From Myxococcota bacterium (GTDB lineage Bacteria > Myxococcota > JACRCW01): a stretch of DNA of 64,000 nucleotides. The stretch is from contig JBFMGU010000015.1 of NCBI GenBank assembly GCA_040752415.1, positions 6,458-70,457 on the forward strand, read 5' to 3'. The notes beneath the pieces are model-generated. The model was not told the origin of the DNA, did no database searches, and saw only the letters and a list, made by a program, of their open reading frames with translations. The number at the start of each line of letters is the position of its first letter. Positions within the stretch are counted from its first letter, which is position 1. A program made the position numbers and the translations under genes. Of this stretch, positions 26,630-40,222 are shown piece after piece.

Positions 26630-29029
26630 ATGTCGTCCACCTGCCTGCATTGCCAAGGTCCCATCTCCGACGCGGACGCTCCGGGCGGTTACTGCTGCGT
26701 CGGTTGCGCCACGGTGGCGGAGTTGCTTCGCAGCCGCGGACTGGAGCGTTACTACGCGTTTCAATCCGTCGCTGGTCAGCCGGTGACGTTGTCCGCTCGC
26801 GCCCGAGACCAGGCGTGGCTGGAAGCGCCGCTGAAGGACGCGGAGGCGCGGGCGCACGGCGGGCTGGCGCACATGGACGTGGACGTGCAGGGGTTGCGCT
26901 GCAGCGCGTGCGTGTGGCTGCTGCGTGAGCTCTTCCTGCAACAGCCGGGCGGCGCGGAAGCCATCATCAATCCCGCGGTGGGGCGCGCCACGCTGACCTG
27001 GCAGCCGGGCCGGACGGATGTGGCAGCGTGGTGCCGTGACGTCGAGCGCTTTGGCTACAGCGTGGGTCCCGCGCGGAAGATGGAGGCCTCGCGCTCCGAC
27101 CGCGTGCTCACCCGCCTGGGCATCAGCACTGCGCTCACCATGAACTCCATGATGTTCACCATTGCGCACTACGTGGGCATGACCCCGTCCGACGGCGAGG
27201 TCTTCCACCTGATGCGCTGGTTGAACCTGGCGCTCAGCGTGGGCGTGCTGCTCATTGGTGGCTGGGAGTTCTTCTCGCGCAGCTACCTGAGCCTGCGCCA
27301 GCGCATCATTCCCTTCGACCTTCCCATCGCATTAGGGCTTTCGTTGGCCTTCGCCGGCTCGCTCCACGTCTTCGTGACGCGGCCGGACACGTTCTCCTAC
27401 TTTGACACGCTCAACACCTTCACCACGCTGATGCTCGTGGGGCGGTGGCTGCAGGAGCGGGTGTTGGAGCAGAACCGTCGGAGGCTGCTGGCCAATGACG
27501 GCGTGGAAGGGCTGCTGGCGCGTCGGGTGCGCGAGGGGCGCGTGGAGACGGTGGCCGCGGAGAAGCTCACGCGCGGCGACACCGTGGTGGTTCCGCCGGG
27601 TGGGCTCCTGGTGGCGGACGGCATCCTCGTTGACGAGGGCGCCAGCTTCTCCCTGGACTGGATCAACGGTGAGTCCATCCCGCGCAGCTTCAACCCCGGA
27701 CAGACCGTCCCCGCGGGCTCCTTCAACGCGCACGACCGCGCCGCGTTGGTGGTGCTGGACGTGGACTTCCGCGACTCCTCCCTGCTTCCGTTGCTGTCCC
27801 GTCCGCCGCAGGAGCAGGAGAGCGCGGATGACCCCATGCTGCTGCAGCGCCTGACGCGCATCTACGTGCCCGCGGTGCTCACGCTGGGGATGCTGGGCTT
27901 CCTGCTGTGGTTGCCCTCCGGCGTGGAGCGCGCGGTCGAGGTGACGACGAGCCTGCTGGTGGTGACCTGTCCGTGCGCGCTGGGGCTGGCCATTCCGCTG
28001 GCATGGCAGCGCATGGCCGCGGCGTTGCGCCAGCGTGGGCTCTTTGTCTGCAACCCGTCGTTCATGGACCGCGCGGTGCGCGTGCGTCGCGTGGCCTTTG
28101 ACAAGACCGGCACGTTGACGCTGGGCGCGCTGCGACTCGCCAATCCGCAGGAGCTCACGTCGTTGAGCCCGGCGTTGCAGACCCTGCTGTACAACATGAC
28201 CGCGCGCAGCTCGCACCCCCGCAGCCGTGCGGTGCACCAGGCCATCCCCGCCGCGCACGCACGCTTCGACGCCTCCGTTTCCGTCGTGGAGCGGCCCGGC
28301 CTTGGGCTGGAGGCGCGGGACGCGCAGGGACGCCTGGTGCGCCTGGGCCTTCCGTCCTGGACCGGTGGGGTGCAGAGCTCCGACGAGGGCGTGTGGCTCT
28401 CCGTGGACCTGGCGGTGGTGGCGCGCTTCCGCCTGCAGGAGACGCTGCGCTGGGACGCGCGCGTGGAGCTGGATGCGTTGCGCCGCGGCGGTCACGACGT
28501 GGTGGTGCTGAGCGGTGACGCCCCCGAGCGCGTGGACGACGTGGCGCGCGCGCTCAACCTTCCCGCCCGCGCCGCCGTGGGTGGACTGTCTCCGCAGGGC
28601 AAGGCGGAGTGGCTCCAGGCCCATTCCTCCGCGTCGGACACGCTCTTCATTGGCGACGGCGTCAATGACCGGCCCGGTTTCCGGGAAGCGCTCTGCAGCG
28701 GCACGCCCGCCGTGGACCACCCCGCGCTGAGCTGCGTCACCGACTTCTACTACCTGACGCCTGGCATCGGTTGCGTGCGCACCGTGCTGGACGCTGCGCG
28801 GCAACTGCAACGGGTCACGCGGAACATCCGCAACGTGGCGCTGAGCTACAACGTCCTCGCCGTCAGCCTGTGCCTGGCGGGCGTGGTGACGCCGTTGATT
28901 GCCGCGGTGGCCATGCCCGCCAGCTCCATCTTCATCCTTGTCTACGCCGTGCGTGGCACCACGCTGGCGTCCTCCCGCTCCGGGAAGGACGCGGAGCTGG
29001 CCACCGCCGCGGCACCGGTGACTGCATGA
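26630..29029 (+). CDS. ccoI: Heavy-metal (copper) P1B-type ATPase CcoI/FixI-like
   Basis: The N-terminus has CLHCQGPI...CCVGC. The TM motif is CPC, followed by DKTGTLT and GDGVNDRP. It leads the cbb3 cluster. Confidence 0.85.
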   Translation: MSSTCLHCQGPISDADAPGGYCCVGCATVAELLRSRGLERYYAFQSVAGQPVTLSARARDQAWLEAPLKDAEARAHGGLAHMDVDVQGLRCSACVWLLRELFLQQPGGAEAIINPAVGRATLTWQPGRTDVAAWCRDVERFGYSVGPARKMEASRSDRVLTRLGISTALTMNSMMFTIAHYVGMTPSDGEVFHLMRWLNLALSVGVLLIGGWEFFSRSYLSLRQRIIPFDLPIALGLSLAFAGSLHVFVTRPDTFSYFDTLNTFTTLMLVGRWLQERVLEQNRRRLLANDGVEGLLARRVREGRVETVAAEKLTRGDTVVVPPGGLLVADGILVDEGASFSLDWINGESIPRSFNPGQTVPAGSFNAHDRAALVVLDVDFRDSSLLPLLSRPPQEQESADDPMLLQRLTRIYVPAVLTLGMLGFLLWLPSGVERAVEVTTSLLVVTCPCALGLAIPLAWQRMAAALRQRGLFVCNPSFMDRAVRVRRVAFDKTGTLTLGALRLANPQELTSLSPALQTLLYNMTARSSHPRSRAVHQAIPAAHARFDASVSVVERPGLGLEARDAQGRLVRLGLPSWTGGVQSSDEGVWLSVDLAVVARFRLQETLRWDARVELDALRRGGHDVVVLSGDAPERVDDVARALNLPARAAVGGLSPQGKAEWLQAHSSASDTLFIGDGVNDRPGFREALCSGTPAVDHPALSCVTDFYYLTPGIGCVRTVLDAARQLQRVTRNIRNVALSYNVLAVSLCLAGVVTPLIAAVAMPASSIFILVYAVRGTTLASSRSGKDAELATAAAPVTA

Positions 29030-29204
29030 ACATCGTCCCGCTCATGGTGTTTGTGAGCCTGATGCTGGTGGCGGCATCGCTCTTGCTCTTCGGTCACAGC
29101 ATGGCACGCAAGGATCACCAGCACGCGGACCGCCTGGCCCTGCTGCCCATGACGGATTCGGAATCCCCCCGCGCGGAAGCGCAGGAAATTACGTCGGAGA
29201 AGAC

Positions 29205-29208
<4 letters not shown>
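29026..29208 (+). CDS. ccoS: cbb3 oxidase maturation protein CcoS-like
   Basis: The 60-aa protein has a single TM, MNIVPLMVFVSLMLVAASLLLFGH. It has an ATGA overlap with ccoI, the position where ccoS lies in ccoGHIS-type clusters. Confidence 0.55.
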
Positions 29209-31519
<2,311 letters not shown>

Positions 31520-31523
<4 letters not shown>

Positions 31524-31726
31524 TGTACGCCTGGTTCTACCAGCAGAGCTCCGTGCTGCATCTCCCGATTGCGGCGCTGATCATCTTCATGTGCGTGTTC
31601 CTGGGTGTCGTGGTGCGTGTGCTCCGGACCCCGGGCAAGAACGAGCAACAAACGCGGATGGCGTCCCTACCGCTCCAGGACGAGCCCCTTGCCACCCGCG
31701 GCATCATCGGAGGAAGCCATGACTGA
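31520..31726 (+). CDS. ccoQ: CcoQ/FixQ-like small membrane subunit
   Basis: The 68-aa protein has a single TM. The C-terminal motif LPLQDEP resembles FixQ NLPF.DEP. It overlaps ccoNO as ATGA and ccoP by 8 nt. Confidence 0.55.
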
Positions 31727-32288
31727 GAACCGCGTCCACCAGGAAGTCGACGGAATCGTGGAGGAGGACAACCAGCTCCCCAACTGGTGGCTCGCCACCT
31801 TTTTCGGGGCGATCATCTTCGCCTACGGGTACTGGCAGTACTTCCACGTCTGGCAGATTGGTCAGAGCCCCGCGCAGGAATTCGCGGCGTACCAGGAGAC
31901 CGTGAAGCAGAAGCAGCCCGCGGGCGGCGGTGACAACGTCAAGCCCGACGTGCTCCTGGCCGCGGCCTCCGGACCGGAAGCGCAGCAGGGCGCGCAGATC
32001 TTCGCCGCCAACTGCGCGGCGTGTCATGGCAACGCCGGTGAGGGGAAGATTGGACCCAACCTCACCGACAGCTTCTGGCTGCACAACGGTGACCCGGTGA
32101 GCATCCACACCAGCATTGCCAACGGCTACCCGCTCAAGGGAATGCCGGCGTGGAAGGCGGTGCTGGGCACGGAGAAGGTCACGCAGGTCACCGCGTACGT
32201 GTTGAGCCTGAAAGACAAGAACATTCCCGGCAAGCCGCCAGAGGGGGAGGCTCAGCCGGCCGCGCCGGGGAAGACCACGTCCCTCTGA
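31719..32288 (+). CDS. ccoP: cbb3 oxidase subunit III CcoP (short, monohaem form)
   Basis: The N-terminal TM NWWLATFFGAIIF is followed by a single CAACH and a MPAW Met ligand region. At 189 aa it is half the size of dihaem CcoP. Confidence 0.75.
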   Translation: MTENRVHQEVDGIVEEDNQLPNWWLATFFGAIIFAYGYWQYFHVWQIGQSPAQEFAAYQETVKQKQPAGGGDNVKPDVLLAAASGPEAQQGAQIFAANCAACHGNAGEGKIGPNLTDSFWLHNGDPVSIHTSIANGYPLKGMPAWKAVLGTEKVTQVTAYVLSLKDKNIPGKPPEGEAQPAAPGKTTSL

Positions 32289-32296
32289 GTTGAAAG

Positions 32297-33661
32297 ATGG
32301 ATGCCACCGTTCCGCCCACCACCGCACCCAGCAGTCGCGCCCTCCGTCCCGACGGGACCCGAGCCCGAATCCATCCCAAGGAGACGAACGGGCGCTATAC
32401 GCGGCTACAACAGTGGCTCTATCCGGCGCTGATCCTGTTCTATGCCGCACTGCCCTGGGTCCCGGTGGGCGGGCACCCGGCAGTGTGGATAGACATCCCG
32501 CAGCGTCGTTTCTACCTGTTTGGTCTCACGTTCAATTCCACGGACTTCTACCTGGTGTTCTTCATCATCAGCGGGTTTGCCTTCTCGCTGGTGGTGTTGA
32601 GCGCGCTGGTGGGGCGGGTGTGGTGCGGCTACGCGTGCCCGCAGACCGTCTACATTGACGGCGTGTACCGGAAGCTGGAGCGGCTGGTGGAGGGAACCGC
32701 GCGGGAGCGCCAGGCGCGGGAGCAGGGACCTTGGACGGCGGAGCGCGTGGCCCGCAAGGCGCTCAAGCACGTGCTTTTCGTGCTGGTGTCCCTGCTGATT
32801 GCGCACGTGTTCCTGGCGTACTTCGCCACCGCGGAGGACGTGCTGGAAATGATGCAGCGCTCTCCCCTGGAGAATCCCACGCCGTTTGCCTGGGTCATGG
32901 CCATCACGGGGTTGCTCTATTTCAACTTCGGCTGGTTTCGGGAGCAGTTCTGCCTGGTGCTATGTCCCTATGGTCGCATGCAGTCGGTGCTGGTGGACCG
33001 GGACACGGTCACCGTGGGTTACGACGCGCTCCGTGGCGAGCCGCGCGGCAAGCTGAAGGGCGAGGCCCACGGGGATTGTGTGGACTGCCGCATGTGCGTG
33101 CAGGCCTGTCCGACGGGAATTGATATCCGCAACGGTATGCAGATGGAGTGCATTGCGTGCGCGCACTGTGTGGATGCCTGCAACGAGGTGATGGTCAAGA
33201 TTGGCAAGCCCACGGGACTCATCCGGTATGACTCCTTGGCCGGACTGGAGCATGCCAAGCGGCAATTCTGGCGCCCGCGTGTGTACGGCTACATCGTGGC
33301 GGGTCTGGCGGGGCTGACGGCGTTGACGCTGGCGGTGAACCACCGCAAGGCGTTCGAGGCGAATCTCCTGTGGGCCCAGGCCGCGCCGAGGACGGTGCAG
33401 GGTGAGCAGGTGGTGCACCGGATGGTGGTGCATCTCAACAGCAAGACGGCGGAGGCCCGGACCTACCAGCTCTCCCTGGACGCTCCCGAGGGTGCGCAGG
33501 TCATCCTTCCCACGCCCGCTCCCACGCTGGAGCCGTTTGGCAGCGTGCACCTCCCGGTGATGGTGGTGACGAGCAAGACGTCCGGGGGCGAGCGGAAGGT
33601 GACGCTGCACGCGAAGGATTCCGTGACGGGGGAGGTGCGGTCGGCGGTGCTGAAGCTATGA
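32297..33661 (+). CDS. ccoG: CcoG/FixG 4Fe-4S ferredoxin-type membrane protein
   Basis: Five TMs are predicted. Two ferredoxin motifs, CVDCRMCVQACP and CIACAHCVDAC, are followed by a C-terminal Ig-like region. Confidence 0.85.
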   Translation: MDATVPPTTAPSSRALRPDGTRARIHPKETNGRYTRLQQWLYPALILFYAALPWVPVGGHPAVWIDIPQRRFYLFGLTFNSTDFYLVFFIISGFAFSLVVLSALVGRVWCGYACPQTVYIDGVYRKLERLVEGTARERQAREQGPWTAERVARKALKHVLFVLVSLLIAHVFLAYFATAEDVLEMMQRSPLENPTPFAWVMAITGLLYFNFGWFREQFCLVLCPYGRMQSVLVDRDTVTVGYDALRGEPRGKLKGEAHGDCVDCRMCVQACPTGIDIRNGMQMECIACAHCVDACNEVMVKIGKPTGLIRYDSLAGLEHAKRQFWRPRVYGYIVAGLAGLTALTLAVNHRKAFEANLLWAQAAPRTVQGEQVVHRMVVHLNSKTAEARTYQLSLDAPEGAQVILPTPAPTLEPFGSVHLPVMVVTSKTSGGERKVTLHAKDSVTGEVRSAVLKL

Positions 33662-33881
33662 GCCGGTCGCGCTCGACGTCGCTGACGCCCACATCCCGCT
33701 GCCCCGGTCGTTCCTTCCCCTGCCCGTGCCCGTGCCCCTGCCCGGCTTGACCGTCCGTCGGCGGAACGCGTGCCTCGGCGGAGCTCCTTCGCGGAGTTCC
33801 AAGGCAACCCGAGCGGACGCTCCACGCCGCGTCCACGTCGCCGTCAACGTTCGTTGTCGATTCGTGTGATTTCGTCGCGGT

Positions 33882-34331
33882 CTACGCCGCTTCGAGCGTT
33901 GCGCGCAGCATCGCCTGCTTCGTGACGGCGCCAAGCAGCTTTCCGTCCTCCACCACCGGCAGCACCGTGAGGTGTTTGTCCACCATCAACGTCGCCACCT
34001 CCTGCAGCGACGCGCCCGGCGTCACCGTGATGGCGGGCTGGGTCATGACGTCCGCCACCCTTCCGCCCAGCGTCTTCCGCAGCTGTTCGCGCACGTGGGA
34101 CTCGCCCAGCGGGATGGCCGCGTCCATGAATACCAGGAAGGTGGGCAGGTGGAGCTTCCGCTCCTTGAACATGATGTCCATGGCCGTGGCCACGCCCACC
34201 AGGCGCCCATCCTCGACGACGCACGCGCCATCCAGGTTTCGCTCCAGCAGCAGTCGTCCCAGCTGCTCCACCGTGGATTCGGGACCCACGGTGGCGGGGT
34301 TGCGGTCCATGACATCCCGCGCCTGCTTCAT
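33882..34331 (-). CDS. CBS-domain pair protein
   Basis: The start is MKQARDVMDRNPATV and two CBS motifs follow. This is the C-terminal 149 aa of ORF 33882..34835. Confidence 0.65.
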   Translation of the reverse strand: MKQARDVMDRNPATVGPESTVEQLGRLLLERNLDGACVVEDGRLVGVATAMDIMFKERKLHLPTFLVFMDAAIPLGESHVREQLRKTLGGRVADVMTQPAITVTPGASLQEVATLMVDKHLTVLPVVEDGKLLGAVTKQAMLRATLEAA

Positions 34332-34387
34332 GGTGCTCCTCCCACGTCGGAGGGTTGTACGGGTCCCATCCCCCGCCGGCAGCGTGT

Positions 34388-34810
34388 TCATTCGCGCACC
34401 ACCAGCACCGGCTTGGAGCTCATTTCCACCACGCGGCGGCTCACGGACCCCACCAGCATGGCGCGGAAGCGTCCAAGCCCGCGGCTGCCCACCACCACCA
34501 GGTCCGCTCCGCGCTCCACCGCGAGTCGACACAGCACCTCCGCGGGGTCCCCGGTCTCCAGCACCGTGGTCACCGGGACGTCCCGCATCTCCTCCGCCAG
34601 GGAGAGCAGCATGTCGTGGATGCGCTCCAACTCCTGTTGCCGCACCCGCTCCGCCGTCAGCCCGTAGTCCTGGATGGGGAAGGTGGGCATCTCGTACGTG
34701 CTCACCAACGTCAGCGCGCCGTCCATCTTTCGCGCCATGTCCCGCGCCAGGTCCAGTGCCCGCCTGGAGTGCTCGCTCCCGTCGACACCCACCACCAGAT
34801 GCATGCCCAT
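34388..34810 (-). CDS. Universal stress protein (UspA family)
   Basis: The motifs VVGVDGSEHS and VVVGSRGLGRF...GSVS are present. Confidence 0.8.
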   Translation of the reverse strand: MGMHLVVGVDGSEHSRRALDLARDMARKMDGALTLVSTYEMPTFPIQDYGLTAERVRQQELERIHDMLLSLAEEMRDVPVTTVLETGDPAEVLCRLAVERGADLVVVGSRGLGRFRAMLVGSVSRRVVEMSSKPVLVVRE

Positions 34811-34895
34811 GGCAGCCTCCTTGCCTGCCGGTCATGCGTCACGCGTGCCAACGGGTCCCCGGTGTGATGACGTCGAGCACCCGCATCCCTTGCGT

Positions 34896-35672
34896 TCATT
34901 TCCCGTCGGACGCAGTGGATTCGTTGCGCCACGCCAGGTCCCATGCCGTGTTGGCCATGACGCGAACCAGCGCGAAGGCCGCGGGCCGCAACCCCAACGC
35001 CAGCGCCGCGTGGATGGCCAGCGCCAGGATGCAGAGCCCGGAGCCGGAGAACAACGCCAGGGCGGGGAGGGGAGTGGGCACATCCTGCAGTCCCCTCGTC
35101 GTGGAGAAGTAGAGCAGCAGGGGCAGGGGCGCTCCGGCCAACATCACCGCCACGGTCCCCGCCACCGCCACGGGAAGCGCCGCCACCAGGGCCTGCACCG
35201 GCGTCATGAGCAGCTCCCACCACACGCGCGGCTGCGGCCCCATCATGCTCGCGGTGGCGTGCATCAACGTCAGCCAGGTGCGCAGCCCCGTCGACAAACC
35301 GGTTCCCAGGATGAATCCCACGGCATCCCAGAGCGGGACCTGGACAGCCAGCATGGGCGCCATGGCGGTGGCAGAGGCAGCCAGCACCAGCGCCACCACC
35401 ACCGCGCCCCAGCCCGTGGGGTCCTGCGCCAGCGGCGCCACCAGCGCCAGCACCAGGGAGAGCAACGCGGCGGCCTCCACCAACGTCACCGCGCTGCCCA
35501 GCGCCATGCCCACCGTGGTCCCCGCCACCACGTCGGGACCCACGCGCAGCAGGTCCGCACTGCGCTCCGACCACGCCAGGTCCTCCGCATCCTGGCCCAA
35601 CCTCATCCCCTGCGCCTGCGCCCCACCGGCCAGGCCCACCACCAGCACCAGGACCAACACTCCGCGCATCAC
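34896..35672 (-). CDS. Hypothetical integral membrane protein
   Basis: A signal and multiple hydrophobic helices are predicted. The overlapping plus-strand ORF is Arg/His-rich junk. Confidence 0.45.
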   Translation of the reverse strand: MMRGVLVLVLVVGLAGGAQAQGMRLGQDAEDLAWSERSADLLRVGPDVVAGTTVGMALGSAVTLVEAAALLSLVLALVAPLAQDPTGWGAVVVALVLAASATAMAPMLAVQVPLWDAVGFILGTGLSTGLRTWLTLMHATASMMGPQPRVWWELLMTPVQALVAALPVAVAGTVAVMLAGAPLPLLLYFSTTRGLQDVPTPLPALALFSGSGLCILALAIHAALALGLRPAAFALVRVMANTAWDLAWRNESTASDGK

Positions 35673-35760
35673 GGATGCCCCGTTGATGCCGTGTTGTAAC
35701 GTCGCGTTGACGTGGGTGGCAGGTGGTGCGGATGTCCGCGTCGTCGTCAGCGGTGGGGCA

Positions 35761-36393
35761 TCACGGCACCTCGAAGTCCACGCGCTGCCAGGCGCCCAGC
35801 GGTGTTCCGTCGCCAGCGGAGAGCGCCACCACCAGCACGTGCTTCCCGGGGGCCACGCCCTCGAGCTCCAGCGTCGGGTCGGCGGTGATGATCGGCGCGC
35901 GGTCGTCCAGCTGGTAGACGAGGTGGCCCTTGCCGATCATGTACTCGTGGTTGGTCCGCTCGGGCTCCACCAGCTCCACGTTGGTGTACTTCACACGCAC
36001 CTTCACCGTGTTGTCCTGCGCGCCCCCCGCCACGTCGTCGACGTAGACGCTGATCACGCCGGTCCCCGCGGCGCCTTGTCGCAGCTTGTTGGTCTCCTGC
36101 ACGGTGGTGAACCCGTAGCGTCCGGCCTTCCCCCGCTTTGGCGCGCGTGCGCCCATGCGGTCCTCCCAGAACTGCGCGTCCTGGTCGGCAAAGCCCAGGT
36201 GGACCTGCTCGGTGCGCGCGTTGGAGGCGGGCGTGCCGGAGCCGGGGTAGGGCTGCAGCGGGTATCGGTTCTGCACCACCTCCTCCTCCCACTTGCGCTG
36301 GTCAAGGGGGAGCTGTTGGTCGGCGAGCGCGTCCAGGGACATGAGCAACGCCGCGCCCAGGACGGTGAGCTGGCGGAGGCCGTGCTTCTGCAT
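35761..36393 (-). CDS. Hypothetical secreted protein
   Basis: I chose the start MQKHGLRQLTVLGAALLMSLDALA (signal). The domain is beta-rich. Confidence 0.5.
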   Translation of the reverse strand: MQKHGLRQLTVLGAALLMSLDALADQQLPLDQRKWEEEVVQNRYPLQPYPGSGTPASNARTEQVHLGFADQDAQFWEDRMGARAPKRGKAGRYGFTTVQETNKLRQGAAGTGVISVYVDDVAGGAQDNTVKVRVKYTNVELVEPERTNHEYMIGKGHLVYQLDDRAPIITADPTLELEGVAPGKHVLVVALSAGDGTPLGAWQRVDFEVP

Positions 36394-36518
36394 GAGGGAT
36401 GCTCCTTGCCGGCGCGCCATCCTCGTCGCGGAGGGCCGCCACACGGGTCACATCGTGCAAGTTAGAGAACCATCGTGCTGGCTTCAGGAGCGCTTAGGCA
36501 CGGGCTTGGACGTGATGC

Positions 36519-36938
36519 TCACCCCGGCCGACGCGTGGCCCACAGCACCAACGCCCGAGCCCCCGCCGCAAAGCCCAGCAGGCTCAGCGCGCCCAGCATT
36601 GCCATGAGCCCCGTCAGCAGCGTGTCCATCACCCGTGAGCCGCCGACGACGTCAGGCAGCTGCACCCGGGGCTCGTTGGGCAGGTAGGTCACGTGCGTGG
36701 GCGGGGCGTCCCGCGGGGTGAAGCAGCCGTGGCGGCCTTCCAGCGTTTCTCCCTGCGTCGTGGTGTACGCGTACACCGCGTAACGACAGGCGCCGCGTGC
36801 CCCCTCACCTTCCTCCCAGCGGAGGAACCGCGCGGGCACCGTGTCTCCCTGCTCGACAAGTCGACTGCGCAGCTCACCGTGCCGGTACGCCAGGCCCATG
36901 GCGGCCACGACGAAGACGAGCGCGGTGAGCGCCCACAT
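36519..36938 (-). CDS. DUF3592-like small membrane protein
   Basis: The start is MWALTALVFVVAAMGLAY. It has two TMs with a soluble middle region. The N-terminal 100 aa of ORF 36519..37244 are antisense to tdh. Confidence 0.5.
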   Translation of the reverse strand: MWALTALVFVVAAMGLAYRHGELRSRLVEQGDTVPARFLRWEEGEGARGACRYAVYAYTTTQGETLEGRHGCFTPRDAPPTHVTYLPNEPRVQLPDVVGGSRVMDTLLTGLMAMLGALSLLGFAAGARALVLWATRRPG

Positions 36939-36981
36939 CCGGAACAGCTCACGCAGGGAAGGGATGCTCACGGAGCGGCGC

Positions 36982-38006
36982 TCAGGCGCGCCAGTCCAGC
37001 ACCACCTTGCCGCTCTTGCCGCTGCGCATGACCTCGAAGGCCTCCTGGAAGTCAGCGACGGGGAACTGGTGCGTGAGCACGGGGCGGATGTCCAGGCCGG
37101 TCTGCAGCATGGCCACCATCTTGTACCAGGTCTCGAACATCTCGCGGCCGTAGATGCCCTTGAGGATGAGGCCCTTGAAGATGACCTGGTTCCAGTCAAT
37201 GGCCGCTTCCGTCGGCGGAATGCCCAGCAACGCCACGCGACCACCGTGGTTCATCGCCTTCAGCATCCCCTTGAACGCCTCGGTGTTGCCGCTCATCTCC
37301 AGGCCCACGTCAAAGCCTTCCGTCATGTGCAGGTCGCGCATGACCTCGTCCAGCGTGGTCTGCTTGATGTTCACCGCGCGCGTGGCGCCCATCTTCCGCG
37401 CCAACTCCAGGCGGTAGTCGTTGACGTCGGTGATGACCACGTGCCGCGCGCCCACGTGCTTGCAGATGGCCACCGCCATGATGCCAATGGGGCCGGCGCC
37501 GGTGATGAGCACGTCCTCGCCCACCAGCTCGAACGAGAGCGCGGTGTGCACGGCGTTGCCCAGCGGGTCCAGGAAGCTGGCAATCTCGTCGGGAACGTCG
37601 TCGGGGAGCTTGAACGCGTTGGACGCGGGGATGGCCAGGTACTCCGCAAAGCAGCCCGGGCGGTTCACTCCCACGCCCACCGTGTTGCGACACAGGTGAC
37701 GCTTGCCCGCGCGGCAGTTGCGACAATGCCCACAGGTGAGATGCCCCTCGCCGGAGACGCGGTCACCCTTCTGGAAGCCCTGCACGTGGCTGCCCACCTC
37801 GGCAATCTCCCCCACGAACTCATGGCCCACGTGCATGGGCACGGGGATGGTGCGCTGGCTCCACTCATCCCAGTTGTAGATGTGGATGTCCGTGCCGCAG
37901 ATGGAGGTCTTGCGGACCTTGATGAGGACGTCATTGGGGCCGATCTCCGGACGCGGGACGTCCTCCATCCAGATGCCGGGCTCACGCTTGGCCTTGACGA
38001 GCGCTT

Positions 38007-38010
<4 letters not shown>
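36982..38010 (-). CDS. tdh: L-threonine 3-dehydrogenase
   Basis: This is a Zn-ADH family protein. The catalytic Zn ligands GHEF and ICGTDIH are present, with the structural Zn motif CGHCRNC and the NAD loop GAGPIG. It has a 4-nt overlap with kbl. Confidence 0.9.
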
Positions 38011-39197
<1,187 letters not shown>

Positions 39198-39479
39198 GGT
39201 CTCCTCGCCGTTCCCGCCCGGGGCGCGCATGAGTCAGGCAGGGGCGCTCCGGTGTCAAGCCTGGGCTTGGGCGGGCTTCGGCGCGGTGCGGCAGACGCGC
39301 TCCACGTTGCCGACGGGCCGGTGCGCGAACCGCGTGCGCCCCGGGGAACCCGAGCGAAACCGCGGGCTTGACGTCCTGCGTCACCCGCCTTGACAGCGGA
39401 TGCGCCCCGCACCTACCAACCCGCTTCCCACGGCGCCAGGCCCCTTTCCGGCGGCCCACGACGGCGCGGAGCGAGTGCC

Positions 39480-40046
39480 ATGAACAGGATCAAGCTGGGT
39501 CTCGGAGTTTCCCTCCTCTCGTTGCTCACCACGGGCTGCTGGATCTTCACCACGTTCCCGCTGGACGGGACCAACGGCATGCAGGGTGAGTACGGCGGCT
39601 TGATCAAGCGCGTGCTGAAGGGTCGTGAGACCACCTTCCTGGGCGGCGGCACGGCGAGCCAGCAGCACGACACCGAGGAGGAGCGCGACCTGGTCATCAT
39701 CATCGAGGACAACGACGAGGGTGGCGCGGTGGTGTTCGGCCTGGAGTGCGACCTGCCGGTGAGCGTGCAGGGACCGCAGGAGCTCAAGCTGGGCGGGGAC
39801 GTGACCTGTACGCGTCGCACGCGGGATGAGGTGACGCAGACGGGCGGCACCATTGTGCAGACGGAGCTGGTGCAGACCTACACCTTCAGCGACCTGACCG
39901 TGACCAAGACCGGCCAGCCGCGCGAGATCACGCTGGAGGCCAGCGGCAATTACCTGGAGGTCACCTTCAGCAACGGCAGCAAGGTGCGCGAGTACAACGC
40001 GGACTTCGAGTACAGCTACGAGGGCACGCGCATCTCGGCGGAGTGA
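39480..40046 (+). CDS. Hypothetical lipoprotein
   Basis: The signal plus lipobox is MNRIKLGLGVSLLSLLTTGC. Confidence 0.55.
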   Translation: MNRIKLGLGVSLLSLLTTGCWIFTTFPLDGTNGMQGEYGGLIKRVLKGRETTFLGGGTASQQHDTEEERDLVIIIEDNDEGGAVVFGLECDLPVSVQGPQELKLGGDVTCTRRTRDEVTQTGGTIVQTELVQTYTFSDLTVTKTGQPREITLEASGNYLEVTFSNGSKVREYNADFEYSYEGTRISAE

Positions 40047-40222
40047 TCCTCGCCACATTGCGGATGCCACCTCCGGCCCCACGTCCCGACCAGCTCTGTC
40101 GGCGTGGGGCCGCGGTGTTTCTGCGCAGACCCGACGCCGCGGAACGCTGTTGACCCCGCTGGCGGTCGCCCCCACACTTCGCTAGTCGGAGTCGGACCCG
40201 GGCGGGGGAGTGGCAGGAAGCC

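Noticed and set aside
33658-33880. Small ORF after ccoG that I first read as encoding a CPCPCP Cys-Pro repeat (possible CcoH-like or Cu-binding peptide)
   Set aside because: Careful re-reading gives PLPVPVPLP with no Cys-Pro repeat. It is absent from the ORF track and has no supporting features.
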